In this document: positions 8,800 through 19,800 of the stretch, piece by piece
Position numbering within the stretch: position 1 is the stretch's first letter
Layout of the letters: each line of letters starts with the position of its first letter
Assembly (NCBI GenBank): GCA_964479445.1
Contig: CAYZMH010000003.1
Span: 49,858 to 113,857, forward strand
DNA: 64,000 nucleotides
Origin: an uncultured Bacteroidaceae bacterium
GTDB lineage: Bacteria; Bacteroidota; Bacteroidia; Bacteroidales; GCA-2748055
Direction of reading: 5' to 3'
Program-made: the position numbers and the translations under genes
The notes under the pieces: model-generated
What the model was told of the DNA's origin: nothing
The model's database searches: none
The model's input: only the letters and a program-made list of their open reading frames with translations

Positions 8800-10407
8800 T
8801 TACATGCGATAGACACCGTACCGTGGTTCGTTATACTTTTTATTGAGGGACATGGAAATGGAGAGTCCAAGTATCCGGCGTGTATCGGCCGGATCGATGA
8901 TGCCGTCATCCCAGAGCCGGGATGTGCTGTAATAGGCGGATCCTTCATGTTCGTATTTTTCCAGGATTGGCCGGCGGATTGCTTCCCGTTCTTCTTTGTC
9001 GAGTTCCTTTCCCCCGGATTTAGCCTGTTCCTCCTTGATGGTAGCAAGTACTTCGGCTGCCTGTTCGCCGCCCATGACCGATATCTTGGCATTGGGCCAC
9101 ATGAAGAGCAGCCGCGGTTCGTAAGCCCTTCCCGACATGGCATAATTCCCTGCACCGAAGGAACCACCGGTGATGATCGTGAAACGGGGTACACGTGTAT
9201 TGGCTACGGCATGTACCATTTTGGCACCGTCTTTGGCGATTCCGCCATGCTCGGCATCTTTACCGACCATGAAGCCTGATATATTCTGCAGGAATACGAT
9301 GGGTAGTCCGCGATAATCGCATAGTTCCACGAAATGGGTTCCTTTGAGGGCCGATTCGGAAAAGAGGACCCCGTTATTGGCGATGATACCCACCGGGTAC
9401 CCCATGATTCGTGCAAATCCGGTAACCAGGGTAGTACCGTAGTTTTCCTTGAACTCTGAGAATTCACTTCCATCCACCAGCCGGGCGATGATCTCACGTA
9501 CATCATAGGATTCGCGGAGGGTGGGGGGAATGATCCCGTAGATCTCTTCGGGGTTATAGAGGGGCTCTTTCACCTCTGTTTTTTCAATGGGCTGACGTTC
9601 TTTTCCCTGTATCGTTTCAAAAATATTCCGGCAGATCTGCAGGGCATGCCGGTCGTTTTCGGCCAGGTGGTCGGCGACTCCCGAAATTCGGGTGTGCACT
9701 TCACCACCGCCGAGCTCTTCGGCGCTTACCTCTTCGCCGGTTGCGGCTTTGACCAGTGGGGGACCTCCCAGGAAGATGGTTCCCTGGTTTTTCACAATGA
9801 TGGTTTCATCGCTCATGGCAGGTACATACGCTCCTCCTGCAGTGCAGGAACCCATTACCACAGAGATCTGCGGTATACCGGCTGCCGAGAGTCGTGCCTG
9901 GTTGTAAAATATCCGGCCAAAGTCTTCTTTATCGGGGAAAACCTCTGCCTGGTTGGGCAGGAAAACTCCGCCTGAATCGACCAGGTAGACACACGGAAGG
10001 TGGTTCTGGTATGCAACCTCCTGGGCACGAAGGTGCTTTTTAATGGTTTCGTGTACATAGGTACCCCCTTTCACCGTGGCGTCGTTGGCAACCACCATGA
10101 CCTCTTTTCCGTGGATGACGCCGAGTCCGGTGACGATCCCTGCCGAAGGGAACTGGTCTTCGTATTGCCCGTTGGCCGCCAGGGTGGATAATTCGAGGAA
10201 TGGTGTGTTGGCATCCATCAGCAAGTTGATGCGGTCGCGGACCAGCAATTTGTTCCGTGACTCATGTTTTTTCCGGACTTTCTCAGGACCGCCCGGGTAG
10301 GTGAACCGTATTCTGTTTCGGAACTCTTCCAGGATAGTGCGGAAGTGCGCGTCGTTTTTCCTGAATGTGTCGGATTGCGTGTTTATTTGCGTTGATAAAG
10401 TCTTCAA
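8800..10407 (-). CDS. acyl-CoA carboxylase carboxyltransferase subunit (3-methylcrotonyl-CoA carboxylase beta-like)
   Basis: 535 aa. It resembles the carboxyl_trans family over its full length ([39 protein letters not shown]). Confidence 0.88.
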   Translation of the reverse strand: MKTLSTQINTQSDTFRKNDAHFRTILEEFRNRIRFTYPGGPEKVRKKHESRNKLLVRDRINLLMDANTPFLELSTLAANGQYEDQFPSAGIVTGLGVIHGKEVMVVANDATVKGGTYVHETIKKHLRAQEVAYQNHLPCVYLVDSGGVFLPNQAEVFPDKEDFGRIFYNQARLSAAGIPQISVVMGSCTAGGAYVPAMSDETIIVKNQGTIFLGGPPLVKAATGEEVSAEELGGGEVHTRISGVADHLAENDRHALQICRNIFETIQGKERQPIEKTEVKEPLYNPEEIYGIIPPTLRESYDVREIIARLVDGSEFSEFKENYGTTLVTGFARIMGYPVGIIANNGVLFSESALKGTHFVELCDYRGLPIVFLQNISGFMVGKDAEHGGIAKDGAKMVHAVANTRVPRFTIITGGSFGAGNYAMSGRAYEPRLLFMWPNAKISVMGGEQAAEVLATIKEEQAKSGGKELDKEEREAIRRPILEKYEHEGSAYYSTSRLWDDGIIDPADTRRILGLSISMSLNKKYNEPRYGVYRM

Positions 10408-10687
10408 TGCTATCTGTTTTACACGTTTTTTATAATCTTTTAACAGTTGCCTTTCAGTTTTGTTTAAAATTTACCCGAAAAAGACTAAACAAAATTAAAC
10501 AAATTTGTAATGTCAGGTATTGGATATCGCTGTTTACAGAGGGTTTTTTGTTTGTTTGCCGGTCTCATGATGATTGATTTATTCCGGGTGATTACGGGGT
10601 AGAGAGGGGAGTATTGGATTTGTATCAAAAGATTATGTACGGGAATTTTCTGAATGTTGCTGGTGGCCGGTATATAACAGGGTTGAA

Positions 10688-11467
10688 TCAATCGGTTTGT
10701 TTTGCCTGGTATTCTTTATTGGGATCAAGGTGCAGGTATCGCGAAAAGAATTTCACGCCGATATAGAACGGGATGGTATCGAGGAGGGCGGAAGCCATTT
10801 TAAATACATAATTGGAGAGGATCAGTATGACCAGGCCGTGCAGCACCGTATCCCCGGGGGTAATGTGGATGGCATCTGCGTAGAAATAGGTGATCAGGAT
10901 CACCGCGACGGAGTCGACCATCTGGCTGGTAAGGGTTGAACCGTTATTTCTCAGCCACAGGGCTTTGCCTTTTGTAAGTTTCTTCAGCAGGTGGAAGATC
11001 TGCACATCGACAAACTGGGCGGTCAGGTATGCGATCATGGAAGCCAGGGTGGCCATGGATGTCCACCTGCGGATCTGGAAAAAGGTGCGGTTCGGATCGT
11101 GGAGGGCCGGTAAACCGTCTGCTTCGATCACCGGGTGCGGGGGCAGGGCACCGCCAAGCCAGAGGATAAACAGGACCCAGATATTTAGCAGGAGTCCGAC
11201 CCACACCACCATATTAGCCCGTTTTTTTCCATACAGTTCACTTATAAAGTCTGTACACAGGAAAGTAATGGGGTAGGGCAGGACCCCCACAAATACAACG
11301 AAGGGTATGGTGCGTCCCCACAGGGTGAAGGAGAGATCGATCTGCCGGGAGATTCCCAGAATATTCAAAACGGCAAGTGTTCCGAGAAACAAACCTGAGA
11401 GGATCACGAAAACGACTTCTCGCCGGCGGGCAATGTGTTTGTCCACTACTTCATTGGGTCCGAACAT
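10688..11467 (-). CDS. VUT/YhhQ family membrane protein (queuosine-precursor transporter family)
   Basis: 259 aa, polytopic. The YPITFLCTDFISELYGKKRA motif is typical of YhhQ/DUF165 proteins. Confidence 0.7.
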   Translation of the reverse strand: MFGPNEVVDKHIARRREVVFVILSGLFLGTLAVLNILGISRQIDLSFTLWGRTIPFVVFVGVLPYPITFLCTDFISELYGKKRANMVVWVGLLLNIWVLFILWLGGALPPHPVIEADGLPALHDPNRTFFQIRRWTSMATLASMIAYLTAQFVDVQIFHLLKKLTKGKALWLRNNGSTLTSQMVDSVAVILITYFYADAIHITPGDTVLHGLVILILSNYVFKMASALLDTIPFYIGVKFFSRYLHLDPNKEYQAKQTD

Positions 11468-11703
11468 GCTTGAAGATCAATTATAAATCCCTAATTTATT
11501 AAAATTAATTACAATCGAAACCCGCTTATGTTTTTAAAAATCAACTTTCCACATTTTATTAAGAAGAGATGATGAAGTAATTCTCAATATATCAAAGGAT
11601 TACATTTTAGATACCGGATTTATCCGTTGTCTGCACTCTTTACTCGCCGGAGAAGCACGAAAAATTTTGTATTTTGGTTTGTTAAAATGCCTAAATCTCC
11701 TTC

Positions 11704-14700
11704 ATGGCTCTGCGTATAGCCAACATGCTGAACATTGAGCAGGAGGAACGGGGAATAGTTTTCCTGTTGCTTACCCAGTCGGTTTTCCTTGGGATTTTTG
11801 CCGGTGCGCTTGATGTAGGGGCCAACGCCCTTTTCCTTGAGCACTACAGGGCGGATCTTATCCCCAGGGCATTCATGCTGTCAGGGATTGTGGGCATATT
11901 ATTCACTTCGCTCTATACCTTTTTTCAACCGCGGATCAGGTTTAAACTTTTTGTCCTGATCAACCTGGTGTTGGTGATCCTGATCACGGGAATTTTATGG
12001 TTCGGATTCAGATTGGTCGCCCAGGACTGGCTGGCTTTTGCGGTGTTTGTTATGATGGGTCCGCTGATTATTGTGAGTATGCTGGGATTCTGGGGAACAG
12101 CCGGGCGGTATTTTACCCTGAGAGAAGGAAAAAGGTTATTTGGTGTTATTGATACAGGTTCAGTCATTGGAATGATCCTGGCATTTTATGCCGTTCCCGT
12201 GCTGCTTCAGTTTGATTTCAGGGTGGAGAATACGCTGCTAATCGGGTTTCTCAGCCTGGTGTTTGCGCTGTTTTTTCAGCTGATCATAATAAACCGGTAT
12301 GCATTCAAGGCCCGGAAAGAGATGGTAAAACCGGTCACGCGTAAAACGGGATTCCTTGACCTGTTCAAAAACCGGTATACTACCATGATGGCTCTTTTCG
12401 TGGTGTTAAGTGTGGTGACGGCTTTTTTTATTCATTACAGCTTTTTATGGGTAACGGAGTCCAACTATACTGACAGCCGTGAGCGAGCCAGTTTTATCGG
12501 TGCTTTTTTCGGTACGATGATGGTATTCACGATCATTGTAAAAAGTACCCTGTATGGCTGGATGATGAAGAATTACGGGTTACGGGTGGCCCTGCTGGTA
12601 TCCCCGGTGTTGTTACTGGTTATGACGGTGATTGCAGCGATCGTGGGGGGTGCTTTTGGCTTTGCGGCCGAGGCGGCCAGCTTCACCTTTTTCTTTCTGG
12701 TCATATCGCTCTCCAAGCTGTTCAATAAATCCCTGAAAGATGCTATTGAAGGTCCTTCCATGAAGATACTCTACCAGTCGCTGGACTCTTCTGTGCGGTA
12801 TGATGTCCAGGCACGGATTGACGGGGTGGTCAATGAGCTGACAGCTTTCTCAGCGGGATTGCTTATGAGCGGATTGCTGGTCCTGGATTTTATAAAGATC
12901 ATTCACTTCAGCTACATTCTTATTGCTATTCTGGTAGCCTGGGTGATCCTGGGAATATCCCTCTATCGATCTTACCGCCACACGCTGAATGCTTCCCTGT
13001 CAACAGCCCGGTCGGTTCAGCCGGCAGACGCTCCCCTCCGTTTCCTGGATATACCTGCCGCCTTCAAGGTCCCCATGGTATATGAGATGATGCATGTACA
13101 TCCCTATTTTTACCATATTGCCGCTGACAGGGGAATGGACGGGTTGCTTGAATCTGAAAAGGAGACAAACCGGTTGCATGCCTGGGAATTTATTCAGACA
13201 ACCCTTTTCGGGGGTCCGGATGATCTCCCGGAGAAAGTACGAAAGAGCCCTCTCCACCCTGAATTGGAGCGGATGATGGAGCGGTACGAAAAGGTGCGAA
13301 ATTTTCCCGGGGGTGATCTGAACGAAGCCTTTCATTCGAGTGATGAAGAGAGGGTACTGGCTGCCCTGTATGAAACGGTTCGCAGAAACGACCGGAGCCA
13401 GGTTCCGAATCTTATCATGCTGTTACGCGCCAGGGACAGAGTCCTGAGGGCTGCTGCCATAGAGGCAGCCGGGAAGATGAGGATTGATGAGATGGGAAGT
13501 TATCTCGTGGAAACCCTCGGTGATCGCCGTCTGTATGCGGTTACCTGGTCTTCCCTGGTAAAAATGGGTGAAGCGGTCATTGACAATCTAGAAAATCTAT
13601 TTCACAAAACAGGGGTTGATGAGCGGGTACAGGTTCGGACCGTGCGGGCCATGGCTGCAATCGGTGGTGAGAAAGCGCAGCGGTATATGCTGGCCAAGAC
13701 CAATTATCACCAGCGGGATGTCAGGGAGGCTGCGGTGAACGGATTGTTTCATTCCGGTTACCAGGCAGATGCTTCATCCCGGCTGATGCTGGAACAGGAG
13801 ATTTTTTCCACGGTAGAAGCAGGGGCGTGGAACATTGCTGCAGAATATACTATCCGGGAAAATGATCCGGAGAACGGATTGTTGCAGGCGATCCGTGAGG
13901 AGATTGACCGGAACAATCAGTTCCTGTTTGAGCTCCTGGGAATAACTTATGATCGCCATGCCATCGGTCATATACGGGAGAATCTCCGGGAGGCGGATAA
14001 CCAGGACAGCAGTTATGCACTGGAGTTGATGAATCTGGTAGTGGATGACCAGGTAAAGAGTTACCTGGAGCCCTATTTTGATGACCGTCCGGTTCCGGAT
14101 AAGATCCGGCAGCTGCAGGTTGAAATGCCTGTTGAGATACTATCATACGGGGAGGTACTGAGGCAGATCATTGTAAGGGATGGATTGTATTTGGGAACTT
14201 TCATCCGGGCATGTGCCATTGAGGCGGCGGGCAGGCTGGAGGACCTGCAGCTCCGTGATCACCTGGCTGCCCAGGTTTTTCATCCGGAGCCGGTGATCGT
14301 GGAGTCTGCCGCGGCCGTATTAACCGACCGGTATCCCGAGGACTACGGGGAGATCTCTGCCCGTGTTGGAGTTCCTTTTAAGGATATTTTGGAACAATCG
14401 GGATTCCATCACCTGCGTTCTGCACACCCCGGAATCAAACTGGTTCTGGAACTCAAGCAGTGGCCTCTTTTTCGGGCAGTGCCCCTGGAGTCTTTACTCA
14501 GGCTTGCCCGCCTGATCAGGAAGAATGGTGAGACCGATCTCCGGGATTTAACGCGGATTACCTATCTTTATTCCACCGTCCCGCAGACCGGTGAAGCAAT
14601 AAGTAACGGGTGGATCGCTGTAATTCCGGCGCATTCCGGTCTGGCAGAGCGCATTGAAGGTTTTAAACGTAACAACGAGGTCACCATTTATCAAACCGGG

Positions 14701-14814
14701 TTGCAGGATACAAGGATTTTATTATTTGATGACCATGATCTGCTGAACTGTTTTGCCCGGCAGTTTGGTAGTGAAAGAGACGGTGCTGAAATGGCCGGAC
14801 TGGAGGAAAACTAA
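11704..14814 (+). CDS. multidomain membrane protein: N-terminal polytopic MFS/ATP-ADP-translocase-like domain, central HEAT-repeat region, C-terminal cyclic-nucleotide-binding-like domain
   Basis: 1036 aa. The first ~430 aa consist of hydrophobic helices. The middle has HEAT/PBS-lyase-like repeats (RVLRAAAIEAAGKM, VRTVRAMAAIGG, VREAAVNGL, IRACAIEAAGRL). The C-terminus (LKQWPLFRAVPLESLLRLARL) resembles the start of a cNMP-binding domain. Confidence 0.6.
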   Translation: MALRIANMLNIEQEERGIVFLLLTQSVFLGIFAGALDVGANALFLEHYRADLIPRAFMLSGIVGILFTSLYTFFQPRIRFKLFVLINLVLVILITGILWFGFRLVAQDWLAFAVFVMMGPLIIVSMLGFWGTAGRYFTLREGKRLFGVIDTGSVIGMILAFYAVPVLLQFDFRVENTLLIGFLSLVFALFFQLIIINRYAFKARKEMVKPVTRKTGFLDLFKNRYTTMMALFVVLSVVTAFFIHYSFLWVTESNYTDSRERASFIGAFFGTMMVFTIIVKSTLYGWMMKNYGLRVALLVSPVLLLVMTVIAAIVGGAFGFAAEAASFTFFFLVISLSKLFNKSLKDAIEGPSMKILYQSLDSSVRYDVQARIDGVVNELTAFSAGLLMSGLLVLDFIKIIHFSYILIAILVAWVILGISLYRSYRHTLNASLSTARSVQPADAPLRFLDIPAAFKVPMVYEMMHVHPYFYHIAADRGMDGLLESEKETNRLHAWEFIQTTLFGGPDDLPEKVRKSPLHPELERMMERYEKVRNFPGGDLNEAFHSSDEERVLAALYETVRRNDRSQVPNLIMLLRARDRVLRAAAIEAAGKMRIDEMGSYLVETLGDRRLYAVTWSSLVKMGEAVIDNLENLFHKTGVDERVQVRTVRAMAAIGGEKAQRYMLAKTNYHQRDVREAAVNGLFHSGYQADASSRLMLEQEIFSTVEAGAWNIAAEYTIRENDPENGLLQAIREEIDRNNQFLFELLGITYDRHAIGHIRENLREADNQDSSYALELMNLVVDDQVKSYLEPYFDDRPVPDKIRQLQVEMPVEILSYGEVLRQIIVRDGLYLGTFIRACAIEAAGRLEDLQLRDHLAAQVFHPEPVIVESAAAVLTDRYPEDYGEISARVGVPFKDILEQSGFHHLRSAHPGIKLVLELKQWPLFRAVPLESLLRLARLIRKNGETDLRDLTRITYLYSTVPQTGEAISNGWIAVIPAHSGLAERIEGFKRNNEVTIYQTGLQDTRILLFDDHDLLNCFARQFGSERDGAEMAGLEEN

Positions 14815-14831
14815 ACTATAGTAGCACGGAG

Positions 14832-16853
14832 ATGCAAAAACGAACGACCATATTTAAACAGTTGATTCTGAACATTGTAATTCCGGCCCTGCTGGCTTTA
14901 CTGGTGCTGGGTATCCTGAATGTGCAGCAGACCTGGAGCATCCTGGAGGAGGCCAGTGAGAACAAGAGCCAGATTATCAGTGAGGAGATTCGCCAGATCC
15001 ACGAATTGCAGGATATGGCCATGCGTATCCTGGAGCAGCAAATCGATCCGGAGATGCGGCGATACAGTGAAATCCTGGTTCAGGATGTGTTTGAAGAGAC
15101 CGAGGGCATCGAGGAGGCCGACCTGGAGGCCATACGACGGGAGATTGGTATGAATCCCCGCCTGCAGGACATTTATGTGATCGATCGTAACGGAGTGGTG
15201 GTTAATACAACCTTCAAGAAAGATTTGGGTTTGAACCTGTTTGAATTCGGACCCGAGCACCAGGAATTGCTGGAATCGGTCTGGAATCGGGACACCTTTC
15301 TCAGCGAAAAATTTACGGTGGAACACACCACGAAGCGATTGAAGAAATTCACTTATATGCCAACACAGGACGGGAGGTACCTGATTGAACTGGGTGTTTA
15401 TTCGGCGCGTGCTGACAGTATTTTACATTTTGTTCAGGAACGCATGAATTCCATGTCCAATGTGCAGAAGAATATTATGTCGGTGGACCTGTTCATCGGC
15501 ATGGAGAGTCCCATATCCCTGAACGGGGATGGGAAGATCTCAGATGATCATATGGATATTTACAGGGAGGTGCTTCAATCGCGAACGCGTCAAACTCTCG
15601 ATGACCGTGACAGCGATCCTCCCAGGCGGTACGATTATATTTTTCTCGACCGGAAAAACACGAGCCTTTACAGGGAATCGGTGATCCGGATCGTATCGGA
15701 TATCAGCGAGGAGATTATGGTATTGCGCCGGGAACTGCTCAAATTCCTGCTGGTATTCAGCGTTACTGTTGCGATCGTTGTCGTATTGCTATACCGCAAA
15801 ACCCGGGTGATCACAGATCCCATTAAAAAATTGGTTTCCAATGTAAACCGGATTACCGCCGGGCATTTGAAAGAGCGTGCCGAGGTAGTGGGCAACAACG
15901 AGATCACCTCGCTTTCTGAAAAATTCAACGCCATGATCGCCCAGCTGGAGAGTTATTACTACGAGCTGGAAGAGAAGGTGCGGGAACGTACGGCCGAGGT
16001 AGTGGCCCAGAAGGAGGAGATTGAGGCTCAGCGTGACACGCTTCAACAGCAGCGTAACATGCTGGCGGAATTTAACGATTCGTTACAGAGAGCCTATACG
16101 GAGATAGAAGACAGCATTCACTACGCCAGCCGGATCCAAAATGCAATCCTGCCCCCCGGGGATTACCTGGAAAGGGTGATTCCCAATGGTTTTTTCTATT
16201 ACAGGCCAAGGGACATTGTTTCGGGTGATTTCTACTGGGTGGCCTCCAAAGAGGACCTGGTGATCGTTGCCGCGGTGGATTGTACCGGGCACGGTGTGCC
16301 CGGAGCTTTCATGTCCATTGTCGGGAATAATCAGCTCAACTATGCACTGAATGTGAAGAATGCCACCAATCCATCCGATATTTTGCATATACTGGATGAG
16401 GGAGTAACCAATACGCTGCGTCAGACAGAAGACGAATCGGTGCAGGATGGTATGGATCTTGCGCTTGTAACGATCGACCAAAAGAAACAGATCCTCCGGT
16501 ATTCGGGTGCCTTCAATCCGCTCGTTATGGTTCGCGGGGGAGAGCTTACTCGGATCAAGGCCGACCGCATTCCGATTGGCGGCCATATTCTTCAGACAAA
16601 TAAGCGTTTTACGACCCATGAGATCCCTTATAAGAAGGGTGATATGATCTACCTCTTTTCCGATGGATATCCTGATCAGTTCGGAGGGCCGAAGAAAGGA
16701 AAGTATCGCTCCGGTAAATTTGTGAAGTTTTTACAGGCCCTGTATGATCAGTCGCTCGGGGAGCAGTATGAAAGCCTTGACCGGGAGTTGAAAGAGTGGA
16801 TGGGGGACGAACCCCAGGTAGATGATATACTCGTGGTCGGCATCAGGTTGTAG
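14832..16853 (+). CDS. membrane sensor with an extracytoplasmic domain, HAMP, coiled coil and a PP2C/SpoIIE-type serine phosphatase domain
   Basis: 673 aa. Two TM segments (aa ~10-30 and ~300-320) bracket a ~270 aa loop. After the HAMP region the SpoIIE/RsbU signature is present (ASRIQNAILPP, DCTGHGVPGAFMS, SDGYPDQFG). Confidence 0.8.
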   Translation: MQKRTTIFKQLILNIVIPALLALLVLGILNVQQTWSILEEASENKSQIISEEIRQIHELQDMAMRILEQQIDPEMRRYSEILVQDVFEETEGIEEADLEAIRREIGMNPRLQDIYVIDRNGVVVNTTFKKDLGLNLFEFGPEHQELLESVWNRDTFLSEKFTVEHTTKRLKKFTYMPTQDGRYLIELGVYSARADSILHFVQERMNSMSNVQKNIMSVDLFIGMESPISLNGDGKISDDHMDIYREVLQSRTRQTLDDRDSDPPRRYDYIFLDRKNTSLYRESVIRIVSDISEEIMVLRRELLKFLLVFSVTVAIVVVLLYRKTRVITDPIKKLVSNVNRITAGHLKERAEVVGNNEITSLSEKFNAMIAQLESYYYELEEKVRERTAEVVAQKEEIEAQRDTLQQQRNMLAEFNDSLQRAYTEIEDSIHYASRIQNAILPPGDYLERVIPNGFFYYRPRDIVSGDFYWVASKEDLVIVAAVDCTGHGVPGAFMSIVGNNQLNYALNVKNATNPSDILHILDEGVTNTLRQTEDESVQDGMDLALVTIDQKKQILRYSGAFNPLVMVRGGELTRIKADRIPIGGHILQTNKRFTTHEIPYKKGDMIYLFSDGYPDQFGGPKKGKYRSGKFVKFLQALYDQSLGEQYESLDRELKEWMGDEPQVDDILVVGIRL

Positions 16854-16878
16854 CAATGCGACACCAACATATGTTTGT

Positions 16879-19800
16879 ATGAGTGATACCTCTTTATCCG
16901 TCCGGGACAACCCCGATCGGTATGCCAATCCTTTCCCGGGGTTACGGCCTTTTAATGAGAAAGAGTCGGACCTTTTCTTTGGCAGGGAAGAACCAAGCCG
17001 TTCGGTCCTCCAGTCCCTGAAGAGCAATAGTTTCGTGGCCGTAACAGGGGCCAGTGGCAGCGGTAAATCCTCCCTGATTTACTGTGGTGTGGTACCGCTT
17101 CTCCAGGAGGAGGGTTCTGATGCCTGGCATGTAGTGGGTATAAGACCGGGCGCAAATCCCCTTCACAACCTGGTCTCGGCCATGAGCCATGCTTTCCGGG
17201 TAGATTTTGACCACCAGGATGCGGAGCGGCTGGAGGAGGGACAATCGGGGGCTGTTTCGATGTTCCGTGAGAAGAAATTAACCGGGAAGCCGGTAGTGAT
17301 CATCATCGATCAGTTTGAGGAGATTTTTCGCTTTACCTCGGATGATGATGATCAGCACAGTGCAGAACGGGTGCGTTTCATAGAGTTTATTTTCGAAGCC
17401 ATATCAGCTTCTGATCTAAAAGTGCGTGTATTACTCACCATGCGGTCGGATTTTATCGGGGAGTGTTCGGCTTACCAGGATCTTACTGCTCTGATCAACC
17501 GGAGTAACTACCTGATACCCCAGATGACCCGGGAGGATTTCCGTCGGGCCATTGAGGGGCCGGTTCACCTGCGGGGTGTTCAGATTGAAGACGGACTCGT
17601 GGAGCAGTTGCTGGATGAAGTGGGAGAAAATACAGATCAGTTGCCGGTCTTGCAGCATGCGTTAATGCGTACATGGGATTACTGGCTGTTACAGAAGGAT
17701 CCTGAAAAGCCCATCTCCACCGGGGATTACGAAGCCATTGGCCGCATGGATAAGGCCCTGTCGGATCATGCCAACGAGGCTTACGATGAGTTGGATGAAA
17801 GGCAACGGGGGATCTGTGAAAGCATGTTCAAAACCCTGACAGACAAGGGAGGGGATAACCGGGGCGTACGGAGGCCCACCCTGGTGAGCCGGGTGGCAGA
17901 GATCGCACAGTGCTCTGCCGGGGAAGTAATCGAAGTGGCCGGGGTATTCCGGTCATCCGGACGTACGTTTATCACGCCTTACCAGCCTGTGGAAGTTACC
18001 CCGGGAACGGTGATCGATATATCGCATGAGTCGTTGATGCGCATCTGGGATCGGTTGCGGTTCTGGGTGGATGAGGAGGCTGCTTCGGTACAGATGTACC
18101 GCAGGTTATCGGAGGCTGCTCGTATGTTCCAGGAAGGTAAAACCGGTTTATGGCGTCCGCCGGATCTGCAGCTGGCCCTGAACTGGAGGGAGAAACAGAA
18201 GCCGACGCTTGCCTGGGCGATGCAATACGATCCCGCCTTTGAAAGAGCGATGGTGTACCTGGAGACCAGTGACCGGGAGTACCGCAAGGAGGAGGAGAAC
18301 AAGATCAGGTTACAGCGCAGGCGGTTGCGGGTGACCCGGATCTTTGCGCTGGTGCTGGGTTTCATTGCGATTATTGCCCTTGGGCTTTTCTTATGGACAC
18401 GCGATCTCCGGATTGATGAGGAACGTCAGCGCGAACTGGCTGAGCAGAAAAGTGCGGAGGCTGAACGCCAGAGGCAGGCTGCTGAAGAGTCGGCGGAAAA
18501 TGCAAGGCTTCAGCAGCGTATTGCCGAGGAAGCATCCCGGCAGGAAGAACAGCAACGAAAAGAGGCGGAAGCAGCCTCCCGGCTTGCAGAGCAGCGCCGT
18601 ATTGAGGCGGAGGAGAACTTGCAAATGGCTCTAGAACAGGAGCGGATTGCACGGGAGAACCTTGAACTGGCCAATGAGCGGGAGCGGGAAGCCAATGAAC
18701 AGCGCCGTCAGGCTGAAGAAGCGCGAAAGGAAGCCTTCACGCGTCGCATGCTTTCCATTGCCAAATCCATGGCCGTGAAGTCACAGCAGATTGATGACGA
18801 TCCCGACCTGAAAGGACTGCTGGCTTACCAGGCATTTCTTTTCAATAACGAATACGGAGGACCCCTGCACGATGTGGATATTTATTCAGGATTGTATGAG
18901 GCAAATAAAACCCTGCGCGGAGAGAAATACAACGTATACGCAGGTCATAACCAGACGGTACGCTCTATCAGGTTTGCCTCGCAGGATGACAGGTTTTACA
19001 GTGCCGGCAGTGACGGACAGATCCTGCGCTGGTCACTGTCGGATACCGGTAAAAGCTACGAAACACTTTACAACCGTTCCATGGTGATAGAGGCCCTGGC
19101 TCTTGGTCAGAATGACCGGTGGCTTGCCGCGGGTACAGACGGCCAGGGTATTCTCCTGTTCGACCTGGATTCCGGGCAGGAGGAGCCACGCGTTATGAAC
19201 GGACACAATGGCATCATTAGGGATGTGGAAATTCATTCAGAAGGAGAGGTAGTATACAGCATCGGCCTGGATCAAACGATCATGGCATGGAGAACCGGCG
19301 GGGGGTCCCCCTCCGTGCTTGCACGCTCCGGGAACCGCTACAGCGATATTGCCGTATCGCCGGACGGCCGGTATCTTGCTGCCAGTGACCGTTCAGGAAC
19401 CATCCATATCTATCCCGCTAACGGAAGCGGGGATACCCTGCACCTGGAGGGTCATGTGATCAATCCGGTTTTCAGTCTTGATTTCAGCGAGGACGGACAG
19501 TATCTTGCTGCAGGGGATATGGGGGGCAATGTTCGTTTGTACCGCACCGGGACGTGGGAGGAGGAGGCCCGGTTGCGCGGAAATGATGCCCGTGTCAAGG
19601 AGGTCAGATTCAGTCCGGATTCAAAATACCTGGCCTCCACAGGATATGATGGCAGGGTGTTGATGTGGAAGATGGCCGATCTTAACAGTTCTCCCATTGT
19701 GATGGAAGATAACCGCGGTTTTGTGTTCACCGTGGATTTCAGTCCCGACAGCCGTTACCTGGTCAGTGGCAGCAGCGAAGCCAGCCGCCTGGTGGCCCGT

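Noticed and set aside
11468-11703. Possible preQ1 riboswitch upstream of the YhhQ-type queuosine-precursor transporter gene
   Set aside because: I read the minus-strand leader and found no P1 hairpin followed by the conserved C-rich loop and A-rich tail (…CCCUCUAUAAAAAACUA…) of preQ1-I. Only generic AT-rich sequence is present. An Infernal scan would be needed to be certain.
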